Source of the DNA: Dendrobates tinctorius
Lineage: Eukaryota
Direction of reading: 5' to 3'
Length of the DNA stretch: 64,000 bases
NCBI RefSeq assembly: GCF_039654945.1
Contig: NW_027361917.1
Coordinates: 4,650,001 to 4,714,000, forward strand
Position numbers and translations under genes: made by a program. Below, piece by piece: positions 39,690 through 51,496 of the stretch (positions are counted from its first letter, which is position 1; every line of letters begins with the position of its first letter). The notes beneath the pieces are model-generated. The model ran no database searches and was not told the DNA's origin. It saw only the letters and a program-made list of their open reading frames with translations.

Positions 39690-41050
39690 CAGTTGGGTCC
39701 AGAAATATTTGGACAGTGAAAGAAGTTTTGGCATTATAGCTGTTTACCCAAACATATTCAATATACAGTAATATTACCAATGTGGGCAGAGTGTAGACGC
39801 TCAGCTTAGGGAGAGATCACACATGCGAGGAATACGGCCGAGTCTCGCATGTTAATGCCCGGCACTGCCGCCGGCACTGAGGAGCGGAGCGTGCGGTCCA
39901 TGTATTGCTATGCGGCCGCACGCTCGGCCGTATTCCTCGCATGTGTGATTCCGGCCTTAATTTGAGGGTATTCTCATCCTAATTGGAGAAAGGGTTTAGG
40001 AATTACAGGGGAACAAAATTAATTGGACAATTATATCAAAATCTCTTTAATGGACTGAATGGGCTATTCCCTCATTAATTAAGCAGGTAAAAGGTCTGGA
40101 GCTCATTCCAGGTGTGTCATTTGCATCTGAAAGGTGCTGCTGTTAATCTACAACATGTGGTCAAAAGAGATCTCAATGGAAGAGAAACAGAACATCAATA
40201 CGCAGAAAAAAAAAAGAAGAGAAACCATCAGAGAGATCGCAGAAATGTTAGGAGTGGCCAAATCAACAGTTTGGTGCTTTCTGCAAAAGAAAAAGCACAC
40301 TGGTGAGCTTGGGAACTTGAAAAAGCCTGTATGTCTACAGAAGACAACAGTGATGGATGATAGCATAATCCTTCCCATGATGAAGAAAAACACCTTCACA
40401 ACCCCTGCACACCACATCCTCTGGTGGAGGTAGTGTGATGGCATGGGCATACATGGATTCCCATGGCACTGGGTGACTAATGTTTATTGATGATGTGACT
40501 GAAGACAGAAGCAGCCGGTTGAATTCTGATGTGCACAGGGCGAGACTTTCTGACCAGATTCAACAAAATGCAACAAGGTTGATTGTACGACGCTTCACAG
40601 TACACATGGACAATGACCCAAAACATACTGCGAAAGCAACCCAGGAGTTTTAAGGCAAAGAAAAAGAACATTCTGCAATGGCCGAGTCAGTCACCAGACC
40701 ATAACCCCATCAAGCATGCATTTTGCATACTTCAGACAAAACTTGAGGCAGAAAGACCCACAAACAGGACATATTTGGTGACAGGATATATTTGGTGACA
40801 TCCATGGCTTCCAGACTTCATGCAGTCATTGCCTGCAAAGGATTCTCTACAAAGTATAACAAATGAACATTTTATTTATGGTAAAGATAATTTGTCCAAT
40901 TACTTCTGAGCTCCTGAAATGAGGAGGATTTGTAGAAACATGGCTGCAATTCCTAAACGTCTCATAGGATATTTTTGTAGAACCCCCTTTTTTTTCATAA
41001 TCCTGAAAGTCTACACTTCAATTACATATTAGTTGTTTCATCTTAAATCA
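39690..41050 (+). mobile_element. Decayed Tc1 transposon
   Basis: TA-cagttgggtccagaaatatttggacagtg start; frameshifted transposase MWSKEISMEEKQ, IREIAEMLGVAKSTV, MDNDPKHTAK, QWPSQSPDHNPI. Right boundary approximate. Confidence 0.85.
39809..39956. mobile_element. Small Harbinger-type MITE nested in Tc1
   Basis: Inverted arms atcacacatgcgaggaatacggccgag / ctcggccgtattcctcgcatgtgtgat with TTA TSD. Confidence 0.85.
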
Positions 41051-41885
41051 TGGAAACATGATTAATACAGGTTACTCTGTAATGTTGCAAAGTTACTGCA
41101 GAAGCTCTTTTGAGGTCACTAAGTGACAAGGAGTTGCCTCTTCTTTATAAAGAGGTTCTGCAGAGGCTGTGTGTGTTTTGACACACATGGACTGTATGCT
41201 GTACACTACAGTAGATCTAGGCAGGCATTAAAGATAAGAGTAAACGCTTCTCTATTTTATGGCCTCTTAACCCTTACATATCATCAGATGAAAGTGATAC
41301 AACTAGTGACTGTCCGTCACGGAGCGATCCTCTATCCGCCTAGACTGCGATAGTTACACCTACTATAAACTGCACGTGTCCTTTTCCCATGCCTGCCTCA
41401 TCAGTCTCCTATTCCTATTATTTACATGTGCAACCACCTAAGTTGCACTTTGCTCTCTTATGTCATAGGAAATCAATAACTACATTTTTTCCACTTTACA
41501 CACAGGAAAATGACCTGAACAGGCTAAACAAGGCTAAAAAGGGACCGATGTTCAGACGTTGAGGTTACAACAAGCTGCTTGGAGGCTCCTATATAAACTA
41601 GACTAAAGGGCACCCCAGACAAAGCAGTTGCGAAACGTGTGTGTTGCTTGAATATCATACTATTTTAGCATTTATTTTCTTCATCCACTCTTTGCAGGGC
41701 ATTATAGTTTCTATCTTACCACTTTTTTGACATTCAATTTGATACTTAGTCTGTTTTTTGTGCAGTTTGTCTGCATTTTTATGGGTTTTGCGCCATATAT
41801 CTATTTTTTATAGGATCCCCTGTTGGCTCACTCACTAACCAGTGTTTTATGTTCCTATTGTGTAGGATATTTACACACCTTTTAA

Positions 41886-43178
41886 AGGGAACCTGCAATT
41901 TGATTCATGGTGCCCAAACCACAGGCAGAATGAATCTGACCATGGCATATCTGTCCCTGTAATGTGACATCTCAGAGGAAACATAGGTTGAAGAGGACTA
42001 TAGGGAGGGATGTTATGATTGAGTCACCGTAGGAGGCAGACACAAAAATAGAAGCTACGTCCAGAATACCAGACAAGTTGGCAACTATCAGATTGCAGAC
42101 CCCTGAACCTATCAACACAACTAGCAGTAGCCGTGGGGGGTTCCTACGATGCCCTAGACCCCTCGATCACAGCCGGAGAGATAAATAGCCTAAAGACAGA
42201 AAAGGAAATCTAAACTGCCCCAGAGCAGACCCCAAAGTAAAAGGCAGCCCCCCACATATAATGACGGTGAAGCAAGATGAAAAAACACTCACACAGATAG
42301 AAAGATAGGCTGAGCAAATGATGGGGCCCAAGCTAACTAAACAGAACAGGAAAGGAAGGTTGCTGTCTGCAATCTGCCAAAACCCTATCAAAGACATAAG
42401 CCAACAAGCTGATATGGAAAAAGACCCTGAAGCAGCTAGGCTTCAAAAACTAAATCAGCACTCAGGTAATTTCAGAAGACAGAGCTAAAGGAATTCAGCA
42501 CACCCCAGCAGGGAATGGCAGAAATCTAGAAAAACAAAGCAAAACAAAGTCAAAGCACAAATGCAAAAAGCCGAGCAGAAAACTTAGCTTTAGAAGAGCA
42601 GGAATTCAGACTGGTCTCCAAGGATCCCACAGAGAAATCACCCACAGGGCAGAAGGGCGTCGGCAGCCTTATATCCAGTCAGTAACTCCACTCAGCCAGT
42701 CATCATCATTCTCAGGTGCTTGATAATCAGGCTCACTACCTTTCTTTACCAGAAGAGGGAGTTCCTCGGGCCTCAGTAGTGAAGGGGAAAATGAACTCAC
42801 AACAGAGGGACCTGACTAGTCTGGCACCACCTCTGGCCGACTTTTCCCCATACTGCTCTAGTTGATTGACAGGTCCCTACCTATGTATAAATACAGTATA
42901 ACAGACACCTGGCAATCAATCAGAGCAATGCTGGAAGAAGATGGCCAGGGGCGGCAGTGGACTCGTCAGGTACCTCCTTATAGTCCCTGGCTGACTTATC
43001 AACATACCACTCTAGTGGACTGACAGCTCGCTGCCATGTGTATACATAGAGAGACCATTGTGGGGAGTAGGGGGCCACAGTGTTCCAGAGAAAGGCATAA
43101 CTAGCGGCAATTGTGCAGCCTGACTCTGATTCATGGAGCCTATGGTATGGGCAACAGGTATCAAGTGTCAGGTTCCCG
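41886..43178. mobile_element. Kolobok/T2-type MITE interrupted by a solo LTR
   Basis: TTAA-agggaacctg...caggttcccg-TTAA. Confidence 0.75.
42011..42804. mobile_element. Solo LTR (794 bp)
   Basis: TG...CA ends tgttatga / tcacaaca with 6-bp TSD gaggga. Confidence 0.85.
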
Positions 43179-43436
43179 TTAACCTATATTTAATCAAAAT
43201 TATCTAGTTTTGGTTATTTTGGTCCGGCAGGCTGTACATTTGGATTACTTATTTTGTGACAGGTCATCGTCTTTTCTTTGGTTTTACATTACACTAAGGT
43301 CATGCTGAAGCTACTGATGTCAGCGTGATCGGCCAACTTTCCAATCCGTACAGAGGCCTCACAAGTCTCCACCAACAGATGATTTCAGGGTAAAAGGATC
43401 CAAGCTGTGGAAATTCAGCGGCATATCCTTTTATTG

Positions 43437-43812
43437 AAAGAAAACAAAAAGTGATGGCACTCACTGTGCTGTCGTGAAAATTCTTTATTAATTAAAGGCA
43501 TTGGCACGGGAGGAACGTACAGAGGGTGGACAACGTCCGTTTCACGCACTTGCGCTTCAGGACCCGTGTCTCTGTATGTTCCTCCCGTGCCAATGCCTTT
43601 TAATTAATAAAGAATTTTCACGACAGAACGGTGAGTGCCATCACTTTTTGTTCTCTTTTGTACAAAATCAGATTACAAGTTTGCTTTTCTGGATCGAGCA
43701 CCCGTTCGGACAGTAGTTTGGCGGTCGGTCCGGGTGTGTGATTTTCGACTTGAATAGCAGTCATGGAACTGCTTTGGGGTTAAGGAGCAGTGCCGAATCT
43801 TCTGTCTCTCTT
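43437..43812. mobile_element. Hairpin-plus-tail retroelement (Penelope-like inverted pseudo-LTR)
   Basis: About 85-bp inverted arms, a unique tail and 14-bp TSD atatccttttattg (43423-43436, 43813-43826). Confidence 0.75.
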
Positions 43813-43947
43813 ATATCCTTTTATTGTTCTAGGGAGTAAAGCCCCACCAGAAAAGTCATACAGCGGCTCTCCCATAGAGAAAGCCAAGCTGAGCGCTCCT
43901 GTACGTGGGACGTTGGGATAGCTGTCGTTCAGCCAACAGCTGGCTAA

Positions 43948-44437
43948 GGCCCATTTCACACTTCAATTTTTTGACGTCAGTCAAAATCCGCCGTATTTAT
44001 AAAAAAAGGATCCACTTTTTTTTGGCGGATCCATTTTTTCCCCCCATAGACTTGCATTATCGGCGGATTCTGACTGACGGTCATCCGTTGCATCCGTTTT
44101 TTCACGGATCCGTTAGACTTCTAGCGTCCGCCGGCTGGAGTAGACGGACAATGTAACGCTTTTTCCAGCGGCGGCCGCTATTTTAAACTGCGCATTCCCG
44201 GAAGAGCTTACCTCGCATGCATTTTAACCCTAAACGCCGTTCGGGAAGCAGCGAAAAATTCTCTCTCTCTTCTCTCTCAGAGTCGTGTTACTTTAAATTT
44301 CATGCACTTAGCGGCTAAAGCGGATCCGTCCAAGAAACGGATCCGGTGACATCCGGTGGTGGCAAAACGGAAACTGACCCGTTTTTTCACACTCTGGTGG
44401 ATTTTGACTGACGCCAAATAACTGAAGTGTGAAACAG
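43948..44437. mobile_element. Harbinger-type MITE (same family as 22754-23220)
   Basis: TAA-ggcccatttcacacttc...gaagtgtgaaac; cggatccg-rich interior. Confidence 0.75.
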
Positions 44438-45242
44438 TATATGGGGTCTTTACACGCACGGTTTATTTTATATTATCAGATGATGTGATCAGTTAGAAGC
44501 AATCTAAAAAAACGAAAATATAATCCGATGGTTTATTGTTTTGATATTCTGTTTTTGATTAATCATGGTCTACCAGATACAGGATTGACAATGGTGACAA
44601 CAACGTATAGCAGCCATTAAAATTCCTCTACATGTTGTCACCCAACTCTTCATACTTGCATTGCTGTGCAGAGTTACATCACTCAGGCGCCCTGCCTCTT
44701 CTTAGTGATATGTAATAATATTCAGAGAATTCTGCTTAGCAATTCTCATAGACATTGCATAAGATGTGAAAAATAAGCTAATTTCTTTATAAAAAAAAAA
44801 AAAAAGAGCCACACCTGTCAAAAGTAATGTATTCCATGCAGTGCCAGATGCAACCCTGTGACAGGTGTGGCGCTGTCTCAACAAGACAGAAAGGAGCAAT
44901 GTTTTTCTGATTCTAATACAGTGGTTAAAGGATCTAAAAGTCACTAAAGTAAGGGCCGGATTCCTAAACTGTGGCTTGGGATCCACGTGACTTGCGAGTC
45001 CGTGGCATGTGGCTTAAAGTTGTCTGGCAATTGAGTATATCTACACCAGGTCAAGCAAACTGCTCTGAAGAGCGGGACTCCAGATGGTGACCTTTATGAG
45101 TAGCCCCGCACAGAAGAGCAGATCGGCATGTACATATACTGGCAGGGGGAGATAGGCTGACACCGCCAGCCAGAAAGGGTGCGACAGTGTGTTGAGAGTA
45201 ATTGATGGAAGAAAACCGAATTGGGGAAAAGTAAATCCCCAA

Positions 45243-46666
45243 GGCTGGTTTCACATTTGCGTTTTTTTTCGCGGTAATTTAGCGCTAAATAGCGCATGCG
45301 TTTTTTTTTCCTATACTTTGCATGGGATGCGCTTATGTGCGCATACACATGCGTTTGTACGCGTTTTACCGCGCATGCGTTTTTTTGCGGTATGCGCTCG
45401 GGCGCACAAAATGCAACTTGTTGCATTTTTTGTGCGTCCGATTTGCCTCAAAAAAACGCATGCGCGCGCAATGCGTTTTTTTACAGCAAGACACCCATTA
45501 TAAGTCTATGGTGAGCATATGTGCGCATTGGCATGCTTATGTATGCGTTTTTTTGCACATGCGTTTTTTTTTTTACCATTAGTTTAGACAATGGAATTTA
45601 GGGGTTTGGGTAAAGTTAGGGTTAGTTAAGGGGGTTTAGGGTTAGGGTTAGGGTTAAGTATGGTTTGGTTAAGGGTTAGGGTCAGGGTTAGGGTCAGGGT
45701 TAGGGTTAAGGTTAGTTAGGGTTTGGGTTAGGGTTAAGTATGGTTTGGTTAAGGGTTAGGGTCAGGGTTAGGGTTAGGGTCAGGGTTAGGGTTAAGTATG
45801 GTTTGGTTAAGGGTTAGGGTCAGGGTTAGGGTCAGGGTTAGGGTTAAGGTTAANNNNNNNNNNNNNNNNNNNNNNNNNNNNNNNNNNNNNNNNNNNNNNN
45901 NNNNNNNNNNNNNNNNNNNNNNNNNNNNNNNNNNNNNNNNNNNNNNNNNNNNNNNNNNNNNNNNNNNNNNNNNNNNNNNNNNNNNNNNNNNNNNNNNNNN
46001 NNNNNNNNNNNNNNNNNNNNNNNNNNNNNNNNNNNNNNNNNNNNAAGGGTTAGGGTCAGAGTTAGGGTTAAGGTTAANNNNNNNNNNNNNNNNNNNNNNN
46101 NNNNNNNNNNNNNNNNNNNNNNNNNNNNNNNNNNNNNNNNNNNNNNNNNNNNNNNNNNNNNNNNNNNNNNNNNNNNNNNNNNNNNNNNNNNNNNNNNNNN
46201 NNNNNNNNNNNNNNNNNNNNNNNNNNNNNNNNNNNNNNNNNNNNNNNNNNNNNNNNNNNNNNNNNNNNNNNNNNNNNNNNNNNNNNNNNNNNNNNNNNNN
46301 NNNNNNNNNNNNNNNNNNNNNNNNNNNAGGGTTAAGTATGGTTTGGTTAAGGGTTAGGGTCAGGGTTAGGGTTAAGTATGGTTTGGTTAAGGGTTAGGGT
46401 TAGGGTCAGGGTTAGGGTTAGGGTCAGGGTTAGTAAAGTCATGGTTTGGGTTAGTGTGAGGGGCCACCTAATGTTGGAAAAAAACGCAAACGCGGTAAAA
46501 ACGCACTAAAAACGCATACAAACGCATAAAAACGCTGCGTTTTTTTCATGCATGCTCATAAAAATGCTTGAAAAAAAGCAGCAGTTGTATGCTTTTGTAT
46601 GCGTTTTTCAATGCGTTTTTTTGCGGGAAAAACGCGCTGCAAAAAAAAGCAAGTGTGAAACAGGCC
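45243..46666. mobile_element. Harbinger-type MITE containing a telomere-like array
   Basis: TIRs ggctggtttcacatttgc / gcaagtgtgaaacaggcc; inverted tgcgttttt / aaaaacgca arms. Confidence 0.8.
45598..46455 (+). repeat. Interstitial telomere-like repeat (TTAGGG/TCAGGG)n with two N gaps
   Basis: TTAGGG and TCAGGG runs punctuated by ttaagtatggtttggttaa; gaps at 45854-46044 and 46078-46327. Confidence 0.9.
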
Positions 46667-46669
46667 TAA

Positions 46670-47124
46670 GGCTACTTTCACACTTGTGTTGCACAGACCT
46701 GCGTCGGTCTGCGCACAGCCGCCGCTAAGCTCCGCCCCTGCCGCGCCTCCTCCTGTTAGCTCCGCCTATGGGCGCATGATGTTGCATGCGACCTGCGTAC
46801 CCTATCTTTATCACTGGGTACGCAGGCCGTGCGCAGGTATAAGTTTTGCGGCGCATGCATCCTTTTGACGGTGCGCCGAGCGCACCAAAATGCAACATGG
46901 TGCGTTTGGCGCAGGTCGGCGCACCGTCAAAAGGACGCATGCGCCGCAAAACGCATACTTGCGCATGGCCTGTGTAGCCAATGCTAAAGATAGGGTACAC
47001 AGGTCGCATACAGCGTCATGCACCCATAGGCGGAGCTAACAGGAAGAGGCATGGCGGGGCGGAGCTTAGCGGCGGCCGTGCGCAGACCGACGCAGGTCTG
47101 TGCAACGCAAGTGTGAAACCAGTC
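46670..47124. mobile_element. Harbinger-type palindromic MITE abutting the previous one
   Basis: ggctactttcacacttg / caagtgtgaaaccagtc with TAA and TTA flanks. Confidence 0.85.
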
Positions 47125-47395
47125 TTAAATGTAAGTGTACTCTCTATAACGGAGGCAGTGTGATTTCCTTGGGTAAGCTTTGGCCACCATTATACCGGTG
47201 ATGGTGGGCTTAACAGATCACCACTATGAGTGGAGGCGTCTTGATGTGGCCTGCGATCATCTCTCAGATCTGAATGTGGCTCCCAAGGTAAGAAAGATTG
47301 GGGACCACTTCAGTAAGGCATCCAGGGGCTAATCAGGTCAACACAGAAGAAGTCACTCCCATACATCGTATCAGAATAGAGTGCTGTATACAATG

Positions 47396-48932
47396 CATAC
47401 GTCCCAACCCTCCCGATTCCCGTTGGACAGACCCGATTTCTGGTCCTTATCCCGCCGTCCCGGCCGGGAAGCTTTCTATCCCGCGATCGCATGACCGCAA
47501 AATACAGCAGAGGCCAGCCAGCACAGTGTGGGGATCGCCGCGTCACATCCACAGGGAGCACAGAGCTCACCTCCAGCCCAGCCCCAGGAATCAAGAACCC
47601 GGAACTACAGCTACCGTATATCACCAAGGAGACGCGCCCCCGTCGTGCAGCAAGTGCCCAGAGAGCGTGTGGTGCTGTGAGGACGCGGTCAGGCGCTCAG
47701 GTACATGGAACACGCTGAGTCTGGGGGGGACAGAGAGGTCTGGAGGGGACAGAGAGGAGTTCGGAGGGGACAGAGAGGTCTGGAGGGGACAGTGGAGTCT
47801 GAGGGAGATACTAGGAGTCCGGAGGGGACAGTAGAGTCTGGGGGAGAGACAGAAGTCCGGAGGGGACAGAAGACTAGAGGGGTCAGATGAGTCCAGAGGG
47901 GACTGAGGAGTCTGAGGGAGAGAAAGGAGTCCAGAGAGGAGTAGAGGGGACAGAGGAGTCTGGGGTGGACAGAAGGGACAGAGGCGTCTGGGGTGGACAG
48001 AGGAGTACAGAGGGGACACAGGAGTCTGGGGTGGACAGAGGAGTACAGAGGGGACACAGAAGTCTGGGGTGGACAGAGGAGTACAAAGGGGACACAGGAG
48101 TCTGGGGTGGACAGAGAAGTACAGAGGGGACACAGAAGTCTGGGGTGGACAGAGTAGAACAGAGGAGTCTGGGGTAGACACAGGAGTCTGGGGTGGACAG
48201 AGGAGTACAGAGGGGACACAGGAGTCTGGGGTGGACAGAGGAGTACAGAGGGGACACAGAAGTCTGGGGTGGACAGAAGAGTACAGAGGGGACACAGAAG
48301 TCTGGGGTGGACAGAGGAGTACAAAGGGGACAGAGGAGTCTGGGGTGGACAGAGAAGTACAGAGGGGACACAGAAGTCTGGGGTGGACAGAGGAGAACAG
48401 AGGGGACACAGGAGTCTGGGGTGGACAGAGGAGTACAGAGGGGACACAGGAGTCTGGGGTGGACAGAGGAGTACAGAGGGGACACAGAAGTCTGGGGTGG
48501 ACAGAGGAGAACAGAGGAGTCTGGGGTAGACACAGGAGTTTGGGGTGGACAGAGGAGTACAGAGGGGAAACAGGAGTCTGGGGTGGACAGAGGAGAACAG
48601 AGGAGTCTGGGGTAGACACAGGAGTTTGGGGTGGACAGAGGAGTACAGAGGGGACACAGGAGTCTGGGGTGGACAGAGGAGAACAGAGGAGTTTGGGGTG
48701 GACAGAAGAATACAGAGGGGACACAGGAGTTTGGGGTGGACAGAGGAGTACAAAAGTGACAGAGGAGTCTGGGGTGGACAGAGGAGTACAGAGGGGACAC
48801 AGGAGTCTGGGGTGGACAGAGGAGTGAGGAAAAGGTGTGTGTGAATGGGTGTGGCTTAAAATGGGTGTGGCCTAAAATTTGCCACGGCGCGCCTTTATCC
48901 CTCTTTACCTTCTTCAAAAGTTAGGAGGTATG
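47396..48932. mobile_element. Non-autonomous TIR element with 7-bp TSD
   Basis: TIRs catacgtcccaac / gttaggaggtatg and TSD tacaatg on both sides. Confidence 0.8.
47720..48825. repeat. 38-bp G-rich minisatellite
   Basis: Unit ggagtctggggtggacagaggagtacagaggggacaca; source of the ORFs at 47621-48917. Confidence 0.93.
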
Positions 48933-49385
48933 TACAATGTGTGACTGCAGTGCTGGTCATCACACAGGCAGGGTTGGCGCGCGGACCACCCAATAACAGC
49001 CAGATGCTGGTGGTGTCTGTTAGCAGTTAGCAAACAGAAGAAGGAACATGTAACAGAACTCTGGTATTGTATATCCTCTGCATTTGTGTCTGGTCCTGAT
49101 ACATTTACAGGGAGAATATACAAGTGTACACTCATATTCTTACACTAAGCCTCAGAATACATACAGTACAGCATATAAAGGCTGACATTTTTGCAAAGAA
49201 TTTTTGGAATGAACTTTGGGGATGGGATTTTAGACAGCTGTCAGAATAGCCCCAAGTCATTGAGTCAGTGCTTTTTTCTAAACACCTAGCTACGTAAGAC
49301 AATGCTACGTAAATCATGGGGCTGCTATGTACTGACAATCCAACCTGTTGCGTGGCGGAAGATGCTACGTGTCCCTAAAACATTC

Positions 49386-49823
49386 AGGCCCCGATTCATC
49401 AATTGAGGGGGTTTAAGTCACTTTCCTCTTTTTTGTCTTGTAGTATTAGTTGCCATTTTTGGTGCCATTCATCAAAATGGCGCACGTGTTTCACAAGTTT
49501 TACTCAAAGTCAAAAATTGGCTTTTTTTCCTGTCTTGAACTGCTTTTGGGACTTTGCACTCTGAAACTCACTTAAGAGGGATTGGAGTGAAAATGTGCCA
49601 AAGTTTGTGACTTTTTGAAAAGTTGCAATTGATGAATCAAGGGAAAACAACTAGAATTGCTAGAGTCTGACACAAAGTGGGAAAAAAAACACATGAGAGC
49701 AGATATAAAAAAGACTTAAAAAAGGTGCAAACAAAATAATGAATTGGGTCCAAAAAAGAAAAAAGGCGCAAAACACACAAACGTAGGCAAAAACAGGTGG
49801 AAAGGCAATGAGGAATCAGGCCC
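49386..49823. mobile_element. MITE, probably Harbinger-type
   Basis: Ends ggccccgattcatcaattg / caatgaggaatcaggccc. Confidence 0.6.
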
Positions 49824-51496
49824 ATGGATCGTGGAGGAGTAAATATGGAGTACAACAAAGGGATTTTGATTTTCAGGTTTGGTTTTCATGGTGTTCGTAT
49901 CTCAGCTGTTCTTATCATTAGGTCCAGGCTTAATATATTCTGCAGTATTACATAACTGAAAATGAAACCATACTTAAAAGCAAATATATAAGGCTCCAGG
50001 CCTCCACACCCTTCCTGTGTCCTCTCTCCTGCTGCTCAGTGTAAAAACAAAGGAAACAAGGCAAAGAGGCCGAATCCAGGAAAACTGAGCAGTGTGGAAA
50101 ATAGGTGATCATTAATGTGTAATACCATAACTACTGAATAAAAGGCCACATTTCCGAAGTCTGGCTGCTCCCGCACTGATGGCTTCCAATGTTACACAGT
50201 TCACATGTTAGTGAGTTACATAGGCTTATTAGATTTTTTTCATACGGCATAAGGAAGGCCGCTTAATCTGCGCACCGATTGCTCTCATGTGGCCGTACAT
50301 GTACCAACTGCAGCAGAATCGGCATGTGAGCCCCAGATAAAGGTGAAACATTAGCTGGTTCCCACTGACATTAGTGAGCTGCCATGTACCGTACAGATGA
50401 GCCCGGAGGAGGATCTCACTACAATGCATCATCCAACTCAGCGGTTTCTGCAGACCGTGCAGCTGGGCGCCTCGTGGTCTGGGATGCAGACTCCGCTCAC
50501 ACTGTAGAAGTCTGCTACAGTCATTGTTTCTTTGGCTCCCAAATTTAGTACATTTTTCCTGTAATGTGAGTGCTGATTGCAGTAGTAGTCATGCGGCTCA
50601 GGTACCTGGACTAAATATGGAAGCCTGGAAAACTGTCGAGAATCGTCCTCCATCCAGATTTCTACACAGCACGCAGAATAGTGCACTGGAGCGGTCTACC
50701 TCTGCATCTCGTGCATCTCTTCAGCTACTGGTATGACAGTATAACAGTATTAGCTATTCTCCGGCTAGTTACAGGAGCCGTCCTCTCCCACTTAAAACTT
50801 TTTAGAACCTGATTGTCAGGAAATCCCTGCATGTGTTGCGGCTGTCGAACAGCCGCGAGACATGGAGCCGCGAGGACTCGGACATATTATTCGAGCAACC
50901 CCAAGGAAACACTCGGATAGCACACGAGCATGCTCTGATGACACCTATCTGAGTCACAAACATGGATAAATAGTAATACACACAGTGGTGGGTATGTGGT
51001 TAATCTATGCTGTCGCTTGTATACTAAAAGGTGTAGCCTTGCCCAATGCACAAGCTGCACACCCCGCAAGCAAGGAAAGCAGCGCCGCTAAGGTAAATAT
51101 AGACCACGAGATGCAGAACAACCCTGGAGGACGTTTCACCTTTAGCTTCATCAGGAGGATGCTATAGGCGAAACATATGTTGGGGTCGTGCTGCATTTGT
51201 GGCTTGCAGTTACTGTAATCTGAGCGCTGCTTTTTATGTTTATTAATTATTAAATGAATACTTTGGGCATTGCTATTCTCCCTGCAGCTTGCTGAGTTTT
51301 ACTTTAAACTGCCCTTCTGTGCTTTACCTGTGTCAGTGTAGATTAATCACATATTCACTAAGTATTACCTCTTATCCATTTGTACTTCATGCTTTGTGTG
51401 GATGTGCCCTCTATATTATTTACATTTGATTTTATTAAAAGTATCAAGATAATAAAGTATCTATTTTACATTTACTATTGCACGGTCTGCAATATA

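Noticed and set aside
45798-46397. 199-aa ORF
   Set aside because: Consists of telomere-like repeat and N gaps.
47621-48917. ORFs of 250-367 aa on both strands
   Set aside because: Artefact of the 38-bp minisatellite.
50438-50686. Sense-strand 82-aa ORF as a possible alternative RIN2 first exon
   Set aside because: The visible donors (CAG|gtacct, AGT|gtgagc) are phase 0 but the next exon needs phase 2, and I recognise no homology. RNA-seq would be needed.
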